64,000 nucleotides of DNA from Eledone cirrhosa (taxonomy: Eukaryota): the NCBI GenBank assembly GCA_964016885.1, contig OZ024744.1:90768001-90832000 (forward strand), in the 5' to 3' direction. Positions 53,979-64,000 of this stretch are shown here, piece by piece. The position numbers were made by a program, and so were the translations under genes. Under the pieces are notes generated by a model. It had not been told where the DNA came from. It saw only the letters and a program-made list of their open reading frames with translations, and made no database searches. Within the stretch, counting starts at the first letter, position 1. The number at the start of each line of letters is the position of its first letter.

Positions 53979-54639
53979 GGAAGAATTTTGAGGGGTCTGC
54001 AAAATTTGTTAATTATTTCATTACTAAGATATTAACTTCATGGTTCTTTATAAAATTATATTGGAAGATTTTAATTCAAATAGAAACCCTTTTGGTTTAT
54101 GTCGGGTTGATATCAAAGGCGATAAGATTGTAGGGATAATTTGTGAGACTCTAAAATCTAAAGTCTGTCCTGAGCCAGAAAGCTCATCAGGCCAGTGCTT
54201 ATCCCGGTTTCAATAGCATTGAGAGTACAAGACTCCCCCCCCCCCCCCCCCCCTGGACAAGATGCCAGTCCATTGCAGGGTTAAACCCCCAGCATTTTCT
54301 TCTGAGTATACTGGAGCAATGTGAAATGAAGTGTTTTGCTCAAGAACACAACACACAATCACCCAGTCCAAGAATCAAACCCACAACATAATAAGTCCAA
54401 CACCTTTACCACTAGGCCACACACCTCCACTGACATACTGGAGCAATGTGAAATTAAGTATTTTGCTCAAGAACACAACACACAACCCAATCTAGGAATT
54501 GAACCCACAGCATTATGATCATAAGTCCAATACTCTTACCACTAGGCCACACACCTCCATTTGAGGGAGAGATTGGTGTTATTTCTGGCAGTTGCTTGAT
54601 GCCAATGAAACTGGGTTAAGTTCCAGCCTAATGAGCCTC

Positions 54640-54857
54640 TAGGCTTAGTGGTTAGAGCATTGGGCCTGGCAATCAAAAGGTTGTGAGTTCAATTCTCAGA
54701 CCGGGTGATGTGTTGTTTCCTTGAGCAAGACACTTTATTTCACATTGGTCCAGTTTACTCAGCTGTAGAAATGAGATGATAGGACTAGGGTCCCTATCAT
54801 TAAATTACTCAAGATACCTGCATAGGTGTGAGCTGTCACACACACACACACACACAC
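54640..54857 (+). mobile_element. CORE SINE with the same head as 43832-44356 but a different short tail ending in (CA)n; 19-bp TSD
   Basis: TSD CTAATGAGCCTCTAGGCTT at 54628-54646 and 54857-54875. Confidence 0.8.
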
Positions 54858-54921
54858 TAATGAGCCTCTAGGCTTCGGACAGACTTTAATTTTATTTTTG
54901 AACTCTGTTGATGTATCTTAA

Positions 54922-54952
<31 letters not shown>

Positions 54953-55346
54953 ATCTCTCTCTCTTTCTCTCTCTCTCTTTCTCTCAAATATAATATAAAG
55001 ATAGTAAATTTATGTTACTGCTTTCTGCTTTTAAAACTGTTCCTTTTGTCACATGTGAGAGACAGGGGGAACGTAATTTCATTTTAGCAACTATGATTTG
55101 CATTTACCTAATTATCAACTTCATATTTCAATTGATTAATTTAACTGGATAAGGGATTAGTTAATTATCAGAGATTAGAGAGTCACTCCAGGTAGAACCA
55201 TTGTGCGTACGTAGTTGAAACTCTACTATAACAAGACTCATCACTTAGCTATAATGAAGAATATTTAAACTCTATTTCGGTATTGAGTATTCATTCTCAC
55301 ATCTGTCAACATCACACAGATATTTGTGTATATATATATATATATT

Positions 55347-55502
55347 GGTAAACGGAAAAGAAAATGCTGACAAATTGTTCACAGTGAAAAATAGTTTAAT
55401 TAGGAATAAGTGAGAATTAGTAATAGTATTGGTTAGTATTCAGTTTTGATTTTAAGTTTTACCGGTTGTGCATTTCTAATGCTTTTCAAAAATAATTTTG
55501 AG
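55347..55502 (-). mobile_element. PLE-terminus-like fragment with a decayed HHR, between (TA)n tracts
   Basis: Minus strand 55457-55492 reads TTGAAAA-GCATT-AGA-AATGC-ACAA-CCGGTA, against the consensus CTGAAGA-stem-GAAACCGGTA. Confidence 0.45.
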
Positions 55503-55822
55503 ATATATATATATGTATAATATATATAGTAATAATAATAAATTTGAAGACTAAAATCCAAAGAGGGCTCGATAAGGATAAATATATATCAAATATATAA
55601 GAACCCTAGAGCAAATATATATATGTATATAAAAGACGTAAAATAAGAAATTTTAGTAAGTAAGTTAATTTTTTTAAAATTTTTTAAAATTTTCTTATTT
55701 TACGTCTTTTATATTATTGTTCTGCATCCTCCTGCATTGAACCACCTAGGTACTATGACATAACCTGTGTATTTGCTGGCATTAGCGTACATCTGTACGC
55801 ATATGTTAGTAGATATACTAAA

Positions 55823-55882
<60 letters not shown>

Positions 55883-56809
55883 CACTTTTCCTCTACTTTT
55901 CTCTTCTGACTACTCCCTGTTGGAACAGGATGCATCATTTTTTCTCTTTTTTTTTTTCATTTAAAAAGAAGGTATTTATCTACCAATATTAGGATGAAAT
56001 ATATTGTGTAAAAAAGACCCCGTAGTTTTGCTGTGTTTTTCATCCTTTACCTCAGTACCATCTTTATATATTTCTATCCACATCGTATCGGCTTTCTGAA
56101 TTTCTTATCACTTATATATCTATCTATCTAGGGCAGGTAAAATTCCCAAGATCCATGGACAAGTTCTCTCCAGCAGTTTCTGTCCTTCATCATTGCTGCC
56201 ATGTCCTGCATCTCTTAGAGACCAGTGTCTGTCCTTAGGGCATCAACATTTGTCAACCTCGGTCTCCCTATTCTAGTGTGTCCATGTAGGGACTCCCACT
56301 GAAGCACTGAGTGCAGTGACAACTCTGAAATGTCGGTGAGCATGTCCAGCTAACCTCAGTCTCCTCTGTGTTACTTCCGAGCTGACTTTCTGGTGCCAAA
56401 CTCGGTGAAGGAGTCAGAGGGGGGTAGAGACTGTGTTGATAAGTGAGGAGCTGAGAAGGAATTAGAGTAAGATGGAATATCTGGTAGAGAACATATATTT
56501 GCATCGTTTTATAAGGTTTATATTTCCATCGCAATTTTCTCCTTTTTTGTTTTCATAACATTTTAGTCTATTATATATGCAGTTTATATATAATATCGTC
56601 TTTTTTTAATGTATCATGGATTACTTTACTGATTACAGAAGAGAGTGTAACACAGACGCCATTAAATTTCTGTGTATATTGTCAATTACGAATTCATTTG
56701 ACGTATCATATCTAAGTGCATATATATTTGCGTATAATATCAATATGCACACTACACATGCTAGCAGAAAAACCACCGAAAGCGCGGTTTTTTTTCTGCT
56801 AGTATATAT

Positions 56810-56999
56810 AATTTTTTCTACTTTTGACACAAGGCCAGCAATTACTCAGTGTATTACTGATACTTTATTTTATCGACCCCGTAAGGATGAAAGGCAAAGT
56901 CAACCTTGGCAGGATTTGAACTCAGAATGGCAAGGGCCATAACTCTATGTGTCAAAGCATGGTGTCCGACCTTCTACCGATACTGCCGATTAATCCACC
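56810..56999 (-). mobile_element. Family A SINE
   Basis: Direct similarity to the other copies. Confidence 0.85.
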
Positions 57000-57015
57000 A
57001 ATAGTATATATAATG

Positions 57016-57632
57016 CAATATAGTCTGATGAAGGATTATAATCTGAAAGCACTTTCTATTAAGTGAACAATACTAACCCAACAACAATGCTCAAAGACAG
57101 TAGCCATGTGACTATTCACAGTAACTATATTAACATTAATCCTAATCTTGTTTCTAACTCTAGCCCTAACCCTTATTTTAATTCTAACACACTCATCTTT
57201 CTACACCTCTACCTTCACATAAACAACAATAAAACACAAAACATATACCATTTTTTTAAACAAGCTTTTTTTTTAAATCTCATTTATTGTATTTTACTAT
57301 ATCCTAGCTTCTCTTCTATAGTTCCGTATAACTTACTCTTCATACCTTGCCCTCAACTGTATGCACTACAAAAACACTACACAACTCACATTCAAAATTG
57401 GTGAATGAATACATATGTGTTTTTTTCCCTCTGTTTTTTTCCCCATTTTTTTCCCATTTCTTCCTCTTTTCACTCTTTATCTTTCTATTGTATCTTTTAT
57501 TTCTAACTCTATCTTCTGATGAAGGACTAGTATCCGAAACGTTAAGACACTTTTCTTGGTATTTCAAACGTTAAATTAATATATTTCTTCAATGTACTGT
57601 GTCATTTGTGTTGTTATTTCTGTTTACTTTTT

Positions 57633-57635
<3 letters not shown>
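57016..57635 (+). mobile_element. PLE/retrozyme-like segment with two co-oriented HHRs (57020-57059 and 57512-57547)
   Basis: ATAGT-CTGATGA-AGGA-TTATAA-TCT-GAAAGCACTT-TCTAT and TCTT-CTGATGA-AGGA-CTAGTA-TCC-GAAACGTT-AAGA. Ends in (CA)n(TA)n. Confidence 0.65.
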
Positions 57636-58277
<642 letters not shown>

Positions 58278-58325
58278 ATGTGTATATATATATATATATA
58301 AATATATACATATATATATATATAT

Positions 58326-59824
58326 ATGGTGCAGCAGTATTCTTATAAATTGCTACAAAGGTAAAGGGGATCCTCTGGAGAAGAGCAATTATAGGGGCAT
58401 AAAACTGATGGATCAGGTTATGAAAGTGGCAGAGAGAATACTAGTGCAACTAATTAGAGAAAGGGTCAAATTAGATGAGCTGCAGTTTGGTTTTGTGCCT
58501 GGGAAAAGTACAACAGATGCCCTCTTCTTAGTGAGACAACTACAAGAGAGGTTCTTGGAGAAGAATAAGCCACTATACTTAGCTGTTGTTGACCTAGAGA
58601 AGGCCTTTGATAGGGTACCCCGATCTGTCATCTGGTGGTCCCTAAGGAAAATAGGCGTAGAGGAATGGCTTGTGAAGACAGTGCAAGCTATGTACAGAGG
58701 TACTGTCAGTAAAGTGAGGGTAGGAATGGAGTTTAGTGAGGGATTCCATCAGGGGTCGGTCCTCAGTCCGCTCTTGTTCATTATAGTCCTCCAAGCCATA
58801 ACAGAGGAGTTTAAGACTGGCTGTCCATGGGAACTTCTCTATGCTGATGATCTGGTTCTTATAGCAGAATCAGTAGAGGAGCTAGAGAATAAATTGTGGC
58901 TATGGAAACAGCAGTTGGAATCAAGAGGACTGAGAGTGAACCTACTAAGACAAAATTGTTGATAAATAGAAAAAGGGACAAAACTCTGATTCCATCAGGG
59001 AAATGGCCATGTTCGATATGCAGAAAAGGAGCTGGCATAAATTCTATAAGATGTACACAATACAAATCTTGGGTACACAAGAGATGTAGTAGGATAGCAG
59101 GCAAACTAACAGGTAGGGAGAAATACGTATGCCGTAGATGTACAGGGAAATTTGACATTAGAAGTCGCAGTGATAGGCACATTTTTCAAATGCAGGTAGG
59201 TTCTATAGAAGTGGTGGATAGCTTCCAGTACCTAGGTGATCAGATTAGCATGGGGGGGGGGGGGGTTCCGAGACCATAGTATCTAGAATAGGTTGGAAGA
59301 AGTTTAGGGAGCTGCTTCATCTGTTGACAAAGAAGGGTTACGCCCTGTGTACGAAAGGCCAGTTATATGATGCCTGTGTGAGATGCGCGGTGCTGCATGG
59401 TAGTCAGACATGGGCAGCAACTGCAGAGGATATGCGATGGCTGGAGAGAAATGAAGCAAGCATGCTCCATTAGATGTGCAGTGTCAATGTGTGTGAATGA
59501 CCAAGCATAGATGAGTTGAGAGAGAAACTGTGTATAAGAGGGATAAATTGTAGTGTGCGGAAGAGAAGACTGTGATGGTATGGACATGTGATGCACATGG
59601 ATGATGACCGCTGGGTAAAGAAGTGCCAAGAAATCCCAGTAGAAGGAAGACGCAATAGAGGAAGGCTACGAAAAACATGGGTGGAGGTGGTGAGAGCAGA
59701 CCGCAGATCGCTGAAGCTCACGAAGGAGATGATGAAGGACCGTGACAAGTGGAGAGATACTGTGCTGAATAGGACCCATCCCACCCTTGGAAGCAGGGAA
59801 AAAGCAGACATAAACTGATGATGA

Positions 59825-59828
<4 letters not shown>
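58326..59828 (+). mobile_element. RTE LINE, 5'-truncated and frameshifted, with short (GAT)n tail
   Basis: QFGFVPGKSTTDA, DLEKAFDRVP, HQGSVLSP, LLYADDL, a PHD-like finger and RRNRGRLRKTW. Confidence 0.9.
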
Positions 59829-59866
<38 letters not shown>

Positions 59867-60123
59867 TCTCTTTAGAAGTGTTGACTGTATCTTCTTTAGA
59901 CCTGTTGACGAGTCCTGAGAAGATATGGCACCAACACTGTTTATGGCGAAATATTCTCTCCTTTGAGATTGTCCATATGTTTTATAGTTATAAAGGTGGG
60001 TTTGTACATCTTAATTTAACTTTTTAATTATGTATTTTCGTAGACTTTATGCTTTTCACTCTAGTGGTTCTCTTCCCATAACTGAAAACATACCCTTTTT
60101 GTGTTTTTCTTCTCTATATATTG

Positions 60124-60164
<41 letters not shown>

Positions 60165-60171
<7 letters not shown>

Positions 60172-60560
60172 AAGTTAAATAAAAAGTCAAATGATTAAAA
60201 TTTAGCTTCGTTGGGTTGTTATTTCACTGAGGAATTGCAGTTCCTCAGTGAAATAACAACCCAACCAGGAACTGGGCATATCAGAGTATTGACAATATTA
60301 TACACCTCAACAACATATGTACTTGTCTATACATATGTACTTGTCTATACCATACTAATTCAAACTGCCTGAAGAGGTCACAGCCAAAGATGGCTGTCAC
60401 TGAAATATATATAGCAGTAATAAACGAAGCTAAATTTTAATCATTTGACTTTTATTTAACTTTATTTTACACTACTCCGGAGTAACCAAACCAACCTGCG
60501 CACTTCGTCGAGTGCTCCAGCCTGCATACTGAGGTGTTGGTATACAACCAACATATACTA

Positions 60561-60565
<5 letters not shown>
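60165..60565 (+). mobile_element. PLE terminus with HHR (60364-60418) and doubly inverted 5' end
   Basis: ACTGC-CTGAAGA-GGTCACAGCC-AAAGAT-GGCTGTCACT-GAAATATATATA-GCAGT. Contains a 56-bp palindrome at 60210-60265, and 60165-60212 is inverted relative to 60423-60469. (TA)n flanks. Confidence 0.75.
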
Positions 60566-60592
<27 letters not shown>

Positions 60593-61717
60593 ACACTAGA
60601 GAAAAAGTAAAAATACTCACATCCTTCAGCACTATACACCCCCCCCCCACCCCACTATGTCAGTCAACAACTACCAAACCCGACACATATTACTGGTATA
60701 GGAGAAATGGAGGTTATCAGACTGCAATCATAGTGCACTATGATTGCAGTCTGATAACTTAGAGGATTTCTATATAACACTCGTCTCCTAATCCTGTCTT
60801 ACACAATGCATTGCAGCATTGCAGGCATGACAGACAGTTAAAATATGCAGCATGCAGCATGCTGCATACACATGCAAACTCTTGCATTGGCTGTTGTTTG
60901 TCTGCAATAAAATAAAATGCACCATCAGTGTCGCTATACCTCCTGCACCACCAACACCACCACCAGCGACAACAATAATAACAATAACTACCACCAACAC
61001 CCACCGAGAATGAGAAGGGGGAGGAGAAGAAGAGGAAGAAGATTGTGATGATGATGATGATGTAGAAAAAAAGATGGAGGAGGAGAAGATTGTGATGGTA
61101 ATGATGATGATGATGATGTAGAAAAAAAAGAAGAGGAAGAGAAGAAATTATACCTTTAAAAAAGGAAAAGAAAAGAAAGAAAAAACATTTTTTTTAAAGA
61201 AAATAAGAAAAAGACAAAAGAGAAAAAGATAAAGAAAGAACAGAAATGAAAGAAAGAATTAAAAGATAGCATAACAAAATATAAGGAAAGAAATTTTTTT
61301 TTAATCCCCTCCACTCCCATCCCCGCCTCCACCCTTGCAAATAGTACCCCCCCCCCCCAAAAAAAAAACAATTGTAAAAAAATAACAATTAAAAAGTAAA
61401 ATAAAAACGATAACAATATAAATAAAATTTAAGGATCACATGACCTTAGCTAACAACTGTGGGTTTTTTTTTGTGTGTTTACTTTTTGTTGTTATATTTT
61501 TCAACTCTCCCGCCTTTTTTTTTTTTTTTGTAAAGTCTGTTACTGTGTGTGTGTGTGTATAGATTTGTGTCTCTACAGGGGCTATATATCTCTGTCTCTC
61601 TGCCTGGTTGTCTGGCTGTCTGGTAGTCTGGTTGTCTGGTTGTCTGATTGTTTGGCTACCTGTCTATCTTTTTGTCGATCTTTTAAAATGTTAATTCATA
61701 CAATTTGATCTTTTATT

Positions 61718-63791
61718 AATTGTTTCTACTTTTGGCACAAGGCCAGCAATTACCCCAGTACATTACCGGTGCTTTATTTTATCGACTCCGTAAGGATGAA
61801 AGGCAAAGTTTAACTACGGCAAGATTTGAACTCAGAACATAAAAGGCTATAACTCTATGCTGCAAAGGCTGGTGTCTGACGCTCTACCGATACTGCCAAT
61901 CCACTGCCCTTCAATCCTCAATTCATAATAATTGTTTCTAGTTTTGTCACAAGGCCAGCAATTATCCCAGTGTATTACTGGTACTTTATTTTATCAACCC
62001 CATAAGGATGTAAGGCAAAGTTAACCTCAGCGGGATTTGAACTTGATTAGAATGATGATGATGAATACACAGCATTAATATTTTAATTATCATCAAAATA
62101 ATCAAGAATATGAAAAGGTTAGTGAAATAACTACCTTCCAACTTGTTAATATTATCTAATAATTGTTTCTACTTTTGGCACAAGGCCAGCAAATACCCAG
62201 TACATTACTGGTACTTTATTTTATCGACCCCGTAAGGATGAAAGGCAAAGTTAACCTCGGCGGGATTTGAACTCAGACTGTAAAGGGACGTAACTGAGCT
62301 GGAAAGCATGGCGTCCGACACTCTACCAATACTGCCAATCCACCGCCAAGTAATTGTTTCTACTTTAGGCACAAGGCCAGCAATTACCCAGTGCGTTACT
62401 GGTACTTTATTTTATCGACCCCGTAAGGATGAAAGACAAAGTTAACCTCAGCGGGATTTGAACTCAGAATGGCAAGGGCCGTAACTCTCTGCATCAAAGC
62501 ATGGCGTCCAACCCTCGACTGATACTGCCAATACACTGAATAGTATCTAATATTATCTAATAATTGTTTCTACTTTGGGCACAAGGCCAGCAATTACCTA
62601 GTACATTACTGGTACTTTATTTTATCGACCTCGTAAGGATGAATAGCAAAGTTAACCTCGGCGGGATTTGAACTCAGTCCATAAAGAGACATAACTCTAT
62701 GCTGCAAAGCATGGCGTCCAACCCTCTATCGATTCTGCCAATCCACCGCCAATATTATCTAATAACTGATACTGCCAATCCACTGAATAGTATCTAATAT
62801 TATCTAATGATTGTTTCTACTTTGGGCACAAGGCCAGCAATTACCCAGTACATTACTGGTACTTTATTTTATCGACCCCGTAAGGATGAAAGGCAAAGTT
62901 AACCTCGGCGGGATTTGAACTCAGAATGGCAAGGGCCGTAACTCTATACGTCAAAGCATGGCATCCGATAGTATCTAATATTATCTAGTCGTATGTAATA
63001 ATAAGATTTCTAGCCAAAATCTGAATTCAAATTTGAACAACTTTAACCCTTTTATGACTAAATTTCTAATGAAATACACTCTATTTTGATTAATTAATGA
63101 AGAATTTTGAGGGATTTACTAAAATTATTTCATTAGTAAAGTAATAACTTGATTTAAGATTCTTATATAAAATTATGCTGGAAAATTTTCTCTACAGGGG
63201 CTATATATCTCTGTCTCTCTGCATGGTTGTCTGGCTGTCTGGCTGTCTGGTAGTCTGGTAGTCTGGTTGTCTGATTGTTTGGCTACCTGTCTATCTTTTT
63301 GTCGATCCGTCTGGCTAATAAAATGTTAATTCATAAAATTTGATCTGTTAATAATTGTTTCTACTTTTGGCACAAGGCCAGCAATTACTCCAGTTTATTA
63401 CTGGTACTTTATCTAATCGACCCTGTAAGGATGAAAAGCAAAGTTAACCTCGGCGGGATTTGAACTGAGAACGTAAAGGGCCATAACTCTATGCTGAAAA
63501 GCATTTTGTCTGACGCGCCACCGATACTGGCAATCCACCTCTATCAGGATAATGTCATAGATTTTATATTCACTGCCTCCGTCTCTCTCACTCTCCCCAT
63601 CTCTCGTGGATTGGCAGTAACGGTAGAGGGTCGGACACCATGCTTTGCAGCAAAGAGTTACGGCCCTTTATGATCTGAGTTCAAATCCCGTCGAGGTTAA
63701 CTTTGCTTTTCATCCTTACGGGGTCAATAAAATAAAGTACTAGTAATAAACTGGGATAATTGCTGGCCTTGTGCCAAAAGTATAAACAATT
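61718..63791. mobile_element. Cluster of eight family A SINEs (seven minus, one plus)
   Basis: Copies at about 61718, 61929, 62161, 62352, 62562, 62809 and 63353 (minus) and 63606-63791 (plus). TSD AATATTATCTAATAA surrounds the 62562 copy. Confidence 0.9.
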
Positions 63792-64000
63792 ACACCGTGT
63801 AACAAAAAAAAAATGTTTCTGTTCCTGGCTTGTAATCACTTTTTTTGTGTTGCTTAGGTCCCAAATAAATAAAAAAAAGTGCTATTAAACAGTTAAAAGT
63901 TTGGGTTTGTAAAAATTCTAAGCTATTCACTAGAATTATTTGTGTGCTGGATTTTACGTTGTATGTAAGTTTAATTTGCTTATGTTAAATGATTTTTTTA

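Noticed and set aside
59895-59975. Additional hammerhead (CTGAGAA...GAAA...GTC) between TA tracts
   Set aside because: The core deviates and stems I and II do not pair convincingly; not counted.
62161-62347. tRNA genes at A/B-box motifs
   Set aside because: The boxes are too widely spaced, there is no cloverleaf, and they are always attached to the SINE core and tail.

Overview
Repeat-dominated, apparently non-genic eukaryotic DNA. The SINE/RTE/Dong repertoire suggests a mollusc, most likely an octopod cephalopod (inference). No host protein-coding gene can be supported. Coding elements: a 5'-truncated Tx1/L1-like LINE at the left edge; two nearly full-length Penelope-like elements (PLEs), one young and Naiad-type with a single 4-bp lesion, one C-rich and Neptune-type; many RTE LINE fragments whose RT carries an internal PHD-like finger; and a Dong/R4 LINE relic. 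Non-coding repeats: about 20 Nin/Deu-core tRNA SINEs, several CORE SINEs, a Helitron, hAT and TTAA-type MITEs, a 128-130 bp satellite and multi-kb complex microsatellites. The most striking signal is about 17 full, degenerate or half hammerhead ribozyme (HHR) motifs from roughly ten unrelated sequence families, nearly all next to (TA)n/(CA)n tracts. They include a non-coding 424-bp terminally redundant HHR unit that looks like a circular-RNA-derived retrozyme, and several fold-back elements, two of which invert at the ribozyme's stem II. All assignments were made by eye from motifs; no searches or folding were run.
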